Assembly: GCA_030390025.1 (NCBI GenBank)
Contig: CM059433.1
Location: 26,786,001 to 26,850,000, forward strand
Length of the DNA: 64,000 nucleotides
Origin: Squalus acanthias
Lineage: Eukaryota
Direction: 5' to 3'
The notes under the pieces were generated by a model. The model ran no database searches and was not told the origin of the DNA. It saw nothing but the letters and a program-made list of their open reading frames with translations. How positions within the stretch are numbered: position 1 is the first letter of the stretch; the number at the start of each line of letters is the position of its first letter. The position numbers and the translations under genes were made by a program. Below are positions 39,080 to 51,765 of this stretch, piece after piece.

Positions 39080-39822
39080 GGCCCAGAAATTGATCTCGCT
39101 CTGTTCCCGCGGGGGTAAGCCTTCCCCGCGATGTCTCACCTCGCTTATGCTTTTTCTGATCCAGCTCGCACGAACTTGATGTTCCAGACATCAGCTGTGC
39201 TGGGCTTGCGTATCCCAGCGGCGTAGTTAATTCGTGCGAGCTGTGGGATCACGTGACTCAGTTAGAGCCAATGGCAGCACACCATCTTCCATTCATAAGT
39301 CTCACAGCATGGCTGTGAGACTTATGAATCTTACACCCCCCCAAAATAACAGCTAAACCTCAATTAAATTAAAAAAAAAACCATCACATTAATAAAATAA
39401 GTATAGTTAATTAAATTAACCATTTTAAATAAAAAATTAAATTTTTGAAAAAATTTAAAATCTTTTAAAAAGTTATAAAAATAAACTTACCTGTCTTTAA
39501 AGTCTATAAAAAAGATATACCTGTAAAAAAAAATTCAAAAAAATACTTAATTCACTACTTACCTTCTTAAAAGCGGGTCTTACTCCTCCTTTTTACATTT
39601 CCAAAATCTTCCCTACTTACCTGCGCGTCCAAAGCATGAAGTGCACAGCGTGCACGCAGCCTGTAGCGCGCACGCGATGCACCCAGGCCCCGCCCCCTTT
39701 TCGGAAGAGCAATTGCCGGTTTTCAGCGCATGCGCAGGGCATGCAGAAAACCGGCAATTGGAGTGGGAATACGCGAGAGTACGCAGTGCGTACTCTCGCG
39801 CACCGAGATCAATTTTCGGCCC
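39080..39822 (-). mobile_element. Harbinger-type MITE, family A (inverted relative to the 3481 copy)
   Basis: 19-bp imperfect TIRs GGCCCAGAAATTGATCTCG / CGAGATCAATTTTCGGCCC; TSD ATT. Confidence 0.9.
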
Positions 39823-40146
39823 ATTGTAATATTTGTAGACATTACAAGGAGAAAAGGATGGACACTAATCTATTTGGTTATCAATATCCTTCCTGTTGTT
39901 TAACTTTTTGGAAGATTGCATTCAATATTATAAATAAAAAGTCAAAATGACACTGTTTTAAAGGGAGGACCAGCAAAAAAATTACTCAATGGACCAAGGA
40001 CCAGTTGATGCTCAAGTTGGAAAAATAAATTGGCAGTGAATGTTCAAAAATAAAATGATGGCCAAGATCAACAAGTAATTGGAAACAGAATGCAAAAGAA
40101 AACATAGAAGAAACTGCAAATGGAAGGACTAGAAACTAACACACTT

Positions 40147-42090
40147 GGGCCTAGAGTTTCCTCCGTGGGCACATTGAGCCCAAGCATCCTCCCAATCTCA
40201 TTTGAATACACCGGAACTTAAAAATAAGGGTCATTCCGCGTAATAGTCCAGAGTGGTTCAAACGTAATTGGAACAGAGTCAATGGGGCCTCAAGGTGCGA
40301 AAGTGAGGGACTGTAAAAGTTGAAGATAAAAAAGGTTTCCTTCAGAGTGAGTCTGGGGAGTGCAAGGTAAGCAGCACCCAACTCTGTCCTGTAGATTTTT
40401 TAAGTCATTCACTGAAATTGCTCTCTTGAAAGGCTAAACTGCCTCAAACTTCTGCATTCTCATAGATGACTGACAAGAGAAGGCCAGGAAAAGGGCATTT
40501 AGCTTCTCAGATGAGGACTTGCAGGCCCTCTTGGAGGAGGTAGAGGAAAGGTGCAAGCAGCTGATCAGCTCCCCCACATCCCAGGCCTCAAGTGTGGGCA
40601 GGTGGCAGAGGCACTGAGTGCCATGACGATTGTCCCGAGGTTGGCCAGACCACAGCTGGGACGGTAAGAAACTTGCGATGCCATAACTTTCTCCCACGCC
40701 CAATGTGGTCACCATACTCAGGCAGAACAAGCTGACTAGTGACCTGTTGACGAGATGCCCGCACCCACCCCCTATTCCACCTCCCCCTGCTCCCGAAAGA
40801 TGCAAACTGGTAGCTCCTGCACACACTTAAAGCATTGCAAGCCTGATCTTTTCCATTTTTGTCTTTGCAGGGCATCAATGCTCACAGTGCCCGGGAGAGG
40901 GAGAAGAGTGGAGGAGGGTCCCAAATCTCCACTCTCTGACCCCACATGAGCAGAAAGTGGTGGAGCTGCTGCACCGTTGTGGCCACAGCGGAGGCCAAGG
41001 TGGGGGGGGGACGGTGGGCAGGGGGATAGAGTCCACAACTAGATGAGTACTTGCCTGCTGGCTATTTATCATCACTTCAGTACAGGACATTGGCACAGAA
41101 TTCCCACCTCCATCACACCCACCTCTCCCCCAACCCCCGTGGGGTATCTCAGCACTGGCAAGGGCAACATTTTAACTGTCTGTTTTCTTCCCACAGGTCA
41201 GCTGAGATGCAGGAAGGCAGCTTCTGCAGGAGGAGGAGGGGATGAGGAGGAGGAGGAATAGGACGTGGAGGAGGGTTGAGGGTGTGGGAAAGGGAAGGGT
41301 AGCAGATTCCAGAGGAGAGGGAGGGAGAGGACTCTGGCTTTGCCACGCAACTTGTGACCAGTGAGCTACCAGAGGAGGGGCTGAGGCTCCTTCCTGGGAA
41401 ATGCAGCCTTTACCCCACCTTCAAATCAACCTCAAAAAGAGAGTCAACCGACTCTCCTCAACCAGGTCCCAGCACGGAGACATTAAACCATGCCGAGCGA
41501 GCACTTCAATGTCAGGTGAACTCCCAGGCGTCTGGATCCAGTTTCCAGGAGGGAGGGGACTCAGAGGAGGTGGAGGATGCAGTTACCTCTCCAGAGATAC
41601 CGGCCAGAAAGCAGCCATGGACTGGTGAGTCAGTGGAGTCTGACTTAACGGCTGCAGGCATGAAAAGAGACACCTGCTGGTGGAGTATCAAAGGGGCACA
41701 AGGACGCTGGGCTCTATCAACAGCATCACGGAGATCCTTGCGCTCTGGCCTCGCAGTCTGCAGTGTTGATCAGCAACAGCATTGTACAGGCCATGTTGCA
41801 GATGGAGGAACCAATCCAGCAGTTGACTGCTGCATTTGGATATCCGGTAGATCACCTACAAGGAGATGATGAAGTAGAAATCAGGGCCCCCAAATTAATG
41901 ATGGCTCAGGCTTCAGCTCTTGAGGCTTTGAGAGACAGACTGGAGGGCGCAATGAGCCACAGCTTTCAATCTGTTGCTGAGGCCTTGTAGAATCTCACAG
42001 CTCCCATCGCTCCACCCATCAGCGTGCTGGCTGGGGCAGTAGATCGAGACCGCATTGGAAGGATGGCTCGTGTGCCTATGATTTTCACGC
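40147..42090 (+). mobile_element. Harbinger transposon left arm with decayed, intron-containing Myb/SANT-like partner gene
   Basis: Terminus GGGCCTAGAGTTTCCTCC. From ~40487 it reads RKRAFSFSDEDLQALLEEVEERCKQLI (Myb/SANT-like). Acceptor-like sites TTTGCAG at ~40870 and TTCCCACAG at ~41197, followed by acidic segments. Confidence 0.75.
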
Positions 42091-42164
42091 TGCTTGTCTG
42101 AGCAGAAATTTCCTCCAATTAAACATTGGGAATCCGGAGCCATTGTCTTCAGTCACTACCGTGA

Positions 42165-42590
42165 ATTCTGTTCCCTAGCGACCGACTCCATCACTCTCAC
42201 TGGCCACTTTCTGAGGTTGAACCAAACTGTTTGCAGTATCAACGTCCTATTTGACCCTGAGCTGAGCTTCCAACCCCATATTCTCTCCATCACTGAGACC
42301 ACCTACTTCCACCTCCGTAATAACACCCGTCTCCGCCCCTCCCTCAGCCCATCTGCTGCTGAAACCCTCACCCATGGTTTTGTTACCTCTAGACTCGTCT
42401 ATTCCAATTCTCTCCTGGTTCGCCTCCCATCTTCCACCCTCCTTAAACTTGAGTTCATCCAAAACTCTGCTACCCATCTCCTAATTCGCACCAAGTCTCG
42501 TTTGCCCATCACCCCTGTGCTCGCCGATCTACATTGACTCCCGGTCCACCAATGCCTCATGGTCTCACCGCTCCCTCTCTCTGCAACCTA
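42165..42590 (+). mobile_element. L2 LINE fragment
   Basis: ORF 42094..42537 FDPELSFQPHI...AAETLTHGFVTSRLVYSNSLL. Confidence 0.85.
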
Positions 42591-43032
42591 ACCTATTTGA
42601 TCTTGATGTTTAAAGTTAAATTTTTCAAAATATTTTTTCAAATTTCGAAACAAAGTTTAACATTTAAATTAAACACTTTTGTTATTTAAATATGTTTCTT
42701 ATGGTAGAATAATGGAAGATTTTACATATTACATTTTACATAGAATTACATAGAATTTACAGCACAGAAACAGGCCATTTGGCCCAACTGGTCTGTGCCA
42801 GTGTTTAGGCTTCACACGAGCCTCCTCCCACCCCACTTCATCTAACACTATCAGCATCAATATTCTCTTTTTTATTGGGCCATGTGGCCCCTTTAACGGG
42901 CTGTGCGGGCCATTCAAAATTCTGCGCATGCGCAGTTTTCCCATTTAAAAGTCGGCGAGCCGGCTGCACGGGACCTCCAAAGCGCTGCGCAGCCCCGCAG
43001 CATAAAGGGAACATTGATCCGCATACCCTTCT

Positions 43033-44512
43033 AAGAACATAAGAAATAGGAGCAGGAGTAGGCCATTTGGCCCCTCAAGCCTGCTCCGCCATTCAATAAG
43101 ATCATGGCTGATCTTCTACCTCATTTCAGCTTCATGCACTATCCCCATATCCCTTGATTCCCTTAATATTCAAAAATCTATCGATCTCTGTCTTGAATAT
43201 ACTCAACGACTGAGCCTCCACAGCCCTCTGGGGTAGAGAATTCTAAAGATTCACCACCCTCTGAGTGAAGAAATTTCTCCTCATCTCAGTCCTAAATGGC
43301 CGACCCCTTATTCTGAGACTGTGACTCCTGGTTCTAGACTCCCCAGCCAGGGGAAACATCCTCCCTGCATCTACTCTGTCAAGCCATGTAAGAATTTTGT
43401 ATGTTTCAATGAGATCACCTCTCATTTTTCTAAACACCAGAGAATATTGGCCTAGTCTACTCAATCTGTCCTCATAGGACAATCCCCCCAATCCCAGGAA
43501 CCAGTCTGGTGAACCTTCGTTGCACTCCCTCTATGGCAAGTATATCCTTCCTTAGGTAAGGAGACCAAAACTGTACACAATACTCCAGGTGTGGTATCAC
43601 CAGGGCCCTATATAATTGCAGTAAGACGTCTTTGCTCTTATACTCAATCCTCTTGTAATAAAGGCCAACATACCATTTGCTTTCCTAATTGCTTGCTGTA
43701 CCTGCATGTTAACGTTCAGTGATTCGTGTACAAGGACAATCAGGTCCTTCTGAACACCAAACATTTCCCAATCTCTCACCATTTAAAAAATACTCTGCTT
43801 TTCTATTTTTCCTACCAAAGTGGATAACTTCACATTTCTCCACATTATATTCCATCTGCCATGTTCTTGCCCACTCACTTAGCCTGTCTATATCCCCTTG
43901 AAGCCTCCTTGCATCCTCCTCACAACTTACATTCGCACCCAGCTTTGTATCATCAGCAAACTGGGATATATTACATTTGGTCCCCTCATCTAAATCATTG
44001 AGGTAGACTGTGAATAGCTGAGGCCCAAGCACTGATCCTTCTGGTACCCCACTAGTTACAGCCTGCCAACCCGAAAATGACCTGTTTATTCCTACTCTCT
44101 GTTTTCTGTCCATTAACCAATCCTCAATCCATGCTAGTATATTACCCCCAATCCCATGAGCCCTAATTTTGTTTAATAACCTCTTGTGCAGCACCTTATC
44201 GAATGCCGTCTGAAAATCCAAATACACCACATTCACTGGTTCCCCCTTATCTATTCTGCTAGTTACAACCTCAAAAAACTCTAACAGATTTGTCAAACAC
44301 GATTTCCCTTTCATAAATCCGTGTTGACTCTGCCCAATCTTATTATTATTTTCTAAGTGCCCTGTTACCACGTCCTTAATAATAGATTCTAGCATTTTCC
44401 CTACTACTGATGTCAGGCTAACTGGTCTGTAGTTCCCCGTTTTCTCTCTCCCTCCTTTCTTAAATAGTGGGGTTACATTTGCTGCCTTCCAATCCGCGGG
44501 AACCATTCTAGA
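43033..44512 (-). mobile_element. CR1 LINE, 5'-truncated, inserted in an older CR1 3' end
   Basis: RT motifs in ORF 43709..44599 and a frameshifted C-terminus. The host CR1 3' end is split between ~42735-42860 and ~44513-44605. Confidence 0.93.
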
Positions 44513-44699
44513 ATTCTCCCTCATGTGTTTATCTAGCTTCCCCTTAAATGCATCTATGCGATTCGCCTCAACTACTCCCTGTGGTAGCAAGTTCCACATT
44601 CTAGCTTTCTAACAGAGGTTTAACTTTTTATTCCAACTTTTTTATTTGCCGTTAACAATTTGCACTTTAACATTTTTTGTAATGAAACATTATTTCAAT

Positions 44700-45644
44700 T
44701 TGAAGAGACCTGTGTCCAAATCTCGTGGTTGCAACCTCTGAAGGGTTGGGGAAACCACTGAGTGAAAGTCTGCGCCACCAGCCCTGTCCTCCCGAACGCT
44801 GGCCTCCTGCGGACGTGCCAAGTCCCTTTGCTCCATCTCCCTCAGCGCAGGATCTTTGGCCTGTATTGGCTCCTGTATTGTATGTCAAGGTCCAGACCTT
44901 CAGTCGTAGTGAAGTTGTGCAGGTGCAGCACACTACGCCAATCCTCACCACTCTCTCTGGGGAGTATTGGAGTGTGTTCCCAGACTGGTCCAGGCACCTG
45001 AAGCGGCTCTTCAGCACTCCGATCATTCTGTTAATGACCCACGACCAATGGTGGACTAATGCACTCGGTTGTACCTCTCCTCAACTTCGGTCTGCGGGAC
45101 ACGAAAGGGCGTCCTCAGCCACGGCAACAGGGAGTAAGCCTTGTCACCAAATATCCATCCTTCCACCGGTCCCCCAGCCCCAGGCATGCGTGCTATTACT
45201 GAATTGCACACAATGAAAGCACCGTGACAGGCCCCCGCGTGCTGCGCATTCTCATACAGGATGTGCAGCCGGGTGTCGTAGACTATCTGCACATTGAGGG
45301 AGTGGAAGCCCGTTTTGTTCATGTTGCTTTGTGGGTTCTGAAGGGGAGCCTTCACGTGCATTCCATCAATTGCTCCCAGCCCTCTGAGGAAGCCAGAAAT
45401 CCTCTTGAGGTTTAATGCTATCTGCCTTTGCTCCACCATAGACATTGCAAATTTAATTAACTCTTCAGCCCCATGGAACAGGCTCCAGTCACCTGTTGAA
45501 TGCTGTCACTACCCCTTGACTGATCCGACATAGGTCCCCTGTGGTTGCCTGGAAGGATCCAGACCCGTAAAAGTTGAGAGCCATGGTCACCTTAATTTCC
45601 ACTGTTGGGGCTCTGCGGCACATGGACCCAGTCATCTCGGAGCA
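44700..45644 (-). pseudogene. Harbinger (HARBI1-like DDE) transposase pseudogene
   Basis: KVTMALNFYGSGSFQATTGDLCRISQ; GAIDGMHV...NKTGFHSLNVQIVYD...GDKAYSLLPWLRTP...EERYNRVH; IGVLKSRFRCLD...LQYSPERV. Split across frames; the 5' part is cut off at a SINE. Confidence 0.93.
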
Positions 45645-46015
45645 AGTCTGACACTCCAGTGCAGTACTGAGGGAGTGCTGCACTGTCAGAGGTGCCATCT
45701 TTCAGATGAGACATTAAATCGAGGCCCCATCTTCCCTCTCGGGTGGACGTAAAAGATCCCAAGGCACAATTTTGAAGAAGAGCTGGGGAGTTCTCCTGGC
45801 CAATATTGATCCCTGAACTGACATCACTAAAACAGATTATCTGGTCATTATCACATTGTTGTTTTTGGGACCTTGCTGTGCGCAAATTGGCTGCCGAGTT
45901 TCCTACATTACAACAGTGACTACACTTCAAAAAAGAGTAATTCATTGGCTGTAAAGCACTTTGGGATGTCCTGAGGTCGTAAAAGGTGCGATATAAATGC
46001 AAGTCTTTCTTTCTT
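45645..46015 (+). mobile_element. Deu-domain SINE, 5'-truncated
   Basis: Collinear with 865-1235. Confidence 0.87.
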
Positions 46016-46354
46016 ATGTTTACTAACATTGTTCTAAATTCAAACCAGCACAATGACATGGCTATGGTTATATTGCAAGAAGCATAAATGTTTAAAACAT
46101 ATTATTTGCATATTTATTCAATAGTTTCAACATCACAGTACTAAAATTATACCATTGAATACTAGCAGATCAAAGCTAAAATGTGTTCTTCTTAAATTCC
46201 TCTCTATTATTTTAACAGAGACATTAACCTGTAGAAAATAAATGGCATAATGTTTCCGTTAAAATAATGGACAAGAAATTGCAGATGTGCTTGTCCACTG
46301 GAATCCCACAGCGTCATTTCAGGGATTATATTGTTGTTGATGTCCGTAAACCGT

Positions 46355-46972
46355 GGGGGTGAAATTGGATACTGGGTGCAGGAAATGATGCTTTTGCCGG
46401 AACGAGTAGGCCCGAGGCACCCTCAATATTGGGCCTCAGCCCTCATTTAAATTAGACCAGCAAGCTGTGGATGTCTGCTGCATGTCCCCAGACAGCAAAC
46501 CGCAAATCGAATTTAAATTTCAGGCCGTGGCATCACCGGCAGCAGCCCTCAGGCAGATCCTGGAGTGGACCGAGCGGGGACTGGCAACAGTCTTTGAGAC
46601 TGCTAAGGAGCCGGGAGGTGCAGGAGTGCTCCTCCCAGCTCCACATTCAGAAAACTATTTTTTTTTAAACTTACTTTTTGGTCCTTTAAGGACCGCTGGT
46701 TAGGCCGCATGCAGACTTAGTTATCCTGAAAGCAGCAGACACGGCACCGGCAGCGTTCAGGGCAACCTAATTTTCGGAAGGGGTCTTGAAACTGGCTTTA
46801 AGCCCCCTATTTGCATATGCAAAGGGCCTAATGCCTGTTTCTGACGCGGGCCCTGGATGCCTATACTGCAGCCTTTACCAGTACAGTACAACGGGTGGCG
46901 CACTTCTGGCTCAGAATGTCTGCACACATGTCGCCCACCATATGGGTGCAATGCCAACAAAGTTCTAGACCC
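46355..46972. mobile_element. Harbinger-type MITE (family C-related, diverged)
   Basis: Starts GGGGGTGAAATTGG; internal TTTAAGGACCG motif as in 21452-22086; right end degenerate. Confidence 0.6.
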
Positions 46973-47278
46973 AGTCTTATAAACTAAATAGAAGGTTCCA
47001 ATGTTACATAAAATATATATAACTTTCACTTCACTTATTTCATGATTAGGAACTAAACATTGTTCGCTAGTTAGTTAATTGTCAATTTAATGTGTTATTT
47101 GGAAATATAATTCACTATAGTTGCACGAGTTCTAATGTAGTATTGTGATATTTGGTGAGGGATGGGGATGCGATTGCCTATGGCAACATACACAAATGAG
47201 TGGAAAAAATATTCTGAAATAAAAATAGCATTTCCTTTTGTGTATATATCTGTAAAAACTAAATTGTATGGATTCATA

Positions 47279-47972
47279 AGCCCTGATATTTACGGGGAGG
47301 CTGGGAGGGTGTGGGGGACCTCGGTAGCGCGTGGGCAATCCGGCAAGGCTGGGGACGTGGTGCTCCTGCTGAATTTAATGGCAGGAGCTCATTATCATTT
47401 TTTTCTTCTGTTTCCCGCCCGGCAGCCGGCCAAATTGATAGGCTGGCCAATGGCCATGCGGGAGAACCAACGGCAGGAGGCCGCAGCCGGGGACCCTTGG
47501 ATTCCCGGCAATCAGGAGGGGAGGAGGCTGCAGATCGGGGGTAGCGGGGAGGTCGCCTATCACGGCAGGGGCTGGAGAGAGGCCGCAATTAGCAGAAGGG
47601 AGACCGAAGGCTTCCTTGAGGGGCCGGGATGGGGGAGCACTTCTGGCTCACAAGGAGCGCTATAAAAAGCACTTACCTTGTGGAGCCGGCAGTTCCCGCT
47701 TCCATTTCGCTGCTGGGTTTTCCGAGCCTTGGGAAATCCGGCCAACAGCAGTTAAATTTAAATCAGGCTCCTAATTGCACTGTGGGAGCCTGATTTAAAT
47801 ATTACAATGAAGTGCCCTGCATCTCCACGACGGGACATTCGCATGGTATGCTACCCGCCACCATAACGCCTCGGGTTGGGGTCGCTTTTCACATTTTTTA
47901 GGGTTTAACCACCGCTCCCCCCCCCCCACCTGATGCCTTCTCGCCCATTGTGGGAGGGTTATTATCGAGGCC
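47279..47972. mobile_element. Harbinger-type MITE, family F
   Basis: GC-rich island with imperfect TIRs AGCCCTGATATTTA / TTATTATCGAGGCC and TSD ATA. Confidence 0.65.
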
Positions 47973-48374
47973 ATAGTCTGCTTAATGATTATTAAATTGA
48001 TACTGGCCTTCTAGATTCAGAAATAAATAAAAATTCCATATACATTGTAGTTATAAAACAACCCTGCTAACAAAGTACGTGGCACCACAGAATCAGCACT
48101 GCAGAAATGTAATTCCTAGTCCCTATTTAATAATTGTATGGATGTTTTCAGTAAGTGTCAATTGGTTTGTGTATACATACATGCAAACAACTACAAAAGG
48201 TTACTACTATTCTCTACAGCAGAAGTCATGATTACCTATACTCCACTGTATAAGATGTAGTTTAAAGACAACTTCTAATGATCAAATGCAACTACTTTGC
48301 CAAAGGGTCCTTGCCTGGTATTTATTGAGTACTTAACAGCAAATAACAGTTTTCAATATAATGGTTCTGAAATT

Positions 48375-50920
48375 TGGAAGTAACAGATATAGAGGAGCAA
48401 ATTTGCAGGGAAATTACAGAGAGGTGCAAGAACTATAAAGTAGTGATAATGGGGGACATTCATTATCCTAATATAGACTGGGATAGTAATAGTGTAAAGG
48501 GCAGAGAGGGGGAAGAATTTCTGAAGTGTGTTCAGGAGAACTTTCTTGATCAGTACGTTTCTGGCCCAATGAGGAAGGAGGCATTGCTGGATCTGGTTCT
48601 GGGGAATGAGGTAGGTCAAGTGGAGCAAGTGTCAGTAGGTGAACATTTAGCGAACAGTGATTATAGTATCATAAGGTTTAGATTAGCTATGGAAAAGGAC
48701 AGTGTGTAATCTAGAGTAAAAATACTTAATTGGAGGAAGGCACATTTCAGTGGGTTTGGGAATGGATCTGGCCTGAGTAAATGAGAATCAAAGATTGGCA
48801 GGTAAAACTGTAATTGAACAATGGGTTGCCTTTAAAGAGGAGATGGTTCGGGTACAGTCGAGGTACATTCCCACAAGGGGGAAAGGTAGGGCAACTAAAG
48901 CCAGACCTCCCTGGATGATGAAAGAGATAGAGAGTAAGAGGAAGCAGAAAAAGAGCACGTATGACAGATGTCAGGTTGAGAATACAAATGAGACTCAGGC
49001 TGAATATAGAAAGTTCAGAGGGGAAGTGAAAAGGAAAATAAGAGGGCAAAGAGGGAGTATGAGAACAGATTTGTAGCTAACATAAAAGGGAATTCAAAAG
49101 TCTTCTATAGGCATGTAAATAATAAACTGGTAGTAAGAGGAGCGGTGTGGCCAATTAGGGACTAAAAAGGAGACCTATGCATGGAGGCAGAGAATATGGC
49201 TGAGGTACTAAATGAGTACTTTGCATCTGTCTTCACCAAGGAAGAAGATGCTGCCAAAGTCATAGTGGAAGAGGAGGTAGTGGAGATACTGGATGAGATA
49301 TAAATTGATAAAGAGGAAGTACTAGAAAGGCTGTCTGTACTTAAAGTTAATAAGTCACCAGGACCGGAGTGTATGCATTCTAGGATGCTGAGGGAAGTTA
49401 AGAAGGAAATTGCAGAAGTACTGGCCATAATCTTCCAATCCTCCTAAGATATGGGGGTGGTGCCAGAGGACTGGAGAATTGCAAATTTTACACCCTTGTT
49501 CAAAAAAGGGTGTAAAGATAAACCCAGCAACTAGAAGCCAGTCAGTTTAACCTCGGTAGTGGGGAAGCTTTTAGAAAAGATAATCAGGGACAAAGTTAAC
49601 AGTCACTTGGACAAGTGTGGATTAATTAAGGAAAGCCAGCATGGATTTGTTAAATGCAAATCATATTTAACTAACTTGATCGAGTTTTTTGATGAAGTAA
49701 CAGAGAGGGTTGATGAGGGCAATGCGGTTGACGTGGTGTATATGGACTTCCAAAAGGCGTTTGATAAAGTGCCACATAATAGGCTTGCCAGCAAAGTTGA
49801 AGCCCATGGAATAAAAGGGACAGTGGCAGCATGGATATGAAATTGGCAAAGTGACAGGAAACAGAGAGTAGTGGTGAACGGTTGTTTTTCAGACTGGAGG
49901 AAGGTATACAGTGGTGTTCCCCAGGGGTCGCTACTAGGACCACTGCTTTTCTTGATATATATTAATGAGTTGGACTTGGGTGTACAGGGCACAATATCAA
50001 AATTTGCAGATGACACAAAACTTGGAAGTATAGTGAACAATTAGGAGGATAATGATAGACTTCAAGAAGACATAGACAGGCTGGTGAAATGGGCGGACAC
50101 ATGGCAGATGAAATTTAACACAGAAAAGTGCAAAGTGATACATTTTGGTAGGAAGAATGAGGAGAGGCAATATAAATAAAGGGTACAATCCTAAAGGGGG
50201 TGCATGAACAGAGACACCCGGGGGTATATGTGCACAAATTGTTGAAGATAGCAGGGCAGATTGAGAAAGCGGTTAAAAAAGCATATGGGATCCTGGGCTT
50301 CATAAATAAAGGCATAGGGTACAAAAGCAAGGAAGTTATGATGAACCTTTATAAAACACTGGTTCGGCCTCAACTGGAGTATTGTGTCCAATTCTGGGCA
50401 CCACACTTTAGGTAGGATGTGAAGGCCTTAGAGAAGGTGCAGAAAAGATTTACGAGAATGATTCCAGGGATGAGGGACTTCAGTTAAGTGGACAGACTAG
50501 AGAAGCTGGGTTTGTTATCCTTAGAGCAGAAAAGGTTGAGAGGAGATTTGATAGAGGTGTTCAAAATCATGAGGGGTCTAGATAGAGTAGATAGAAACTG
50601 TTCCCATTGGCAGAAGGATCGAGAACCAGAGGACACAGATTTAAAGTGATTGGCAGAAGAACCAAAGGTGACATGAGGAAAAACTTTTTTACGCAGCGAG
50701 TGGTTAGGATCTGGAATGCACTACCTGAAAGGGTGGTGGAGGCAGACTCAATCATGGCTTTCAAAAGGGAATTGAATAAGTACCTGAAGGAAAAAAAATT
50801 GCAGGGCTACGGGAAAAGGGCGGGGGAGTGGGACTAGCTGAAGTGCTCTTGCAGAGAGCCGGCACGGGATCGACGGGCCGAATGGCCTCCTTCTGTGCTG
50901 TAACTATTCTATGATTCTAT
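48375..50920 (+). mobile_element. CR1 LINE, decayed ORF2, ~2.5 kb
   Basis: Endonuclease VIMGDIHYPNIDW...LLDLVL; RT QHGFVK..DFQKAFDKVPH; C-terminus RPQLEYCVQFWAP; (ATTCTATG)n tail; multiple stops. Confidence 0.95.
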
Positions 50921-51411
50921 AATTCAGTGATGTAACAGTCCCGGTCGACTTTATTACTTATATGGGCATGCTTCATTTGCAGTTATTCACCGACAAATTG
51001 CATGCTTTCCCCACTGTGTTAGCAATGATAAAGATTGCATTTCATCAACCTTCATTCAAATGAAAACTTTTAAAGCATTACATTTGGTTCTTTGAATGAA
51101 TGTGTTGGTTAGTAACTAGCTTGTCTTGAAACTGTTGCAGTTTATATTTCCAACTGGTACAAACACAAGCATTAGTGTGTTTCTTATTTTATGTCTCCAG
51201 TAATGAAACTGGACACCAACTACATAACTCCCTTACAGTATCGAGGAACTGTCCAACACTCCCCCAAAAGTGCAGTTGACCACATTTGAAATTAGATTTC
51301 TTAATAATGTTATTAATAAACTAAAAGTAATTCTACTTTTGCCATGTTACTAGGAATTTAATTTTCAATAACCAATTTCCTTAAGATTGTACACACCATC
51401 AACAATTGACA

Positions 51412-51765
51412 CAAAGGTTTTGATAGAGCAGATACAGAGAGAGTGTTTCCACTTGTGGGGAAGAGCAAAACTAGAGGCCATCAATATAAGATAGTCACCA
51501 AGAAATCCAAGAGGGAATTCAGAAGAAACTTCTTTACCCAAAGAGTGATGAGAATGTGGAACTCGCTACCACAGGGAGTGGTTGAAGCGAATAGTATAGT
51601 TGCCTTTAAGGGGAGGCTAGACAAACATATGAGGGAGAAGGGAATAGAGGGTTATGCTGCTAGAGTTAGACCAGGAAGGATAGGAGGAGACTCCAGTGGA
51701 GCATAAACGCCGGCATGGACTGGTTGGGCCGAATGGCCTGTTTCTCGGTTGTATATTCTATGTAA
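51412..51765 (+). mobile_element. CR1 3' fragment
   Basis: ORF 51443..51706 TRGHQYKI...RRNFFTQRVMRMWNSLP. Confidence 0.9.

Noticed and set aside
43709..44599. 296-aa ORF as a functional reverse transcriptase
   Set aside because: Its first ~29 residues come from a different CR1 3' end joined in frame by chance; the element is 5'-truncated and frameshifted downstream.
44667..45698. Domesticated HARBI1 gene
   Set aside because: Motifs are spread over several frames, the 5' end is cut by a SINE, and it lies within transposon context.
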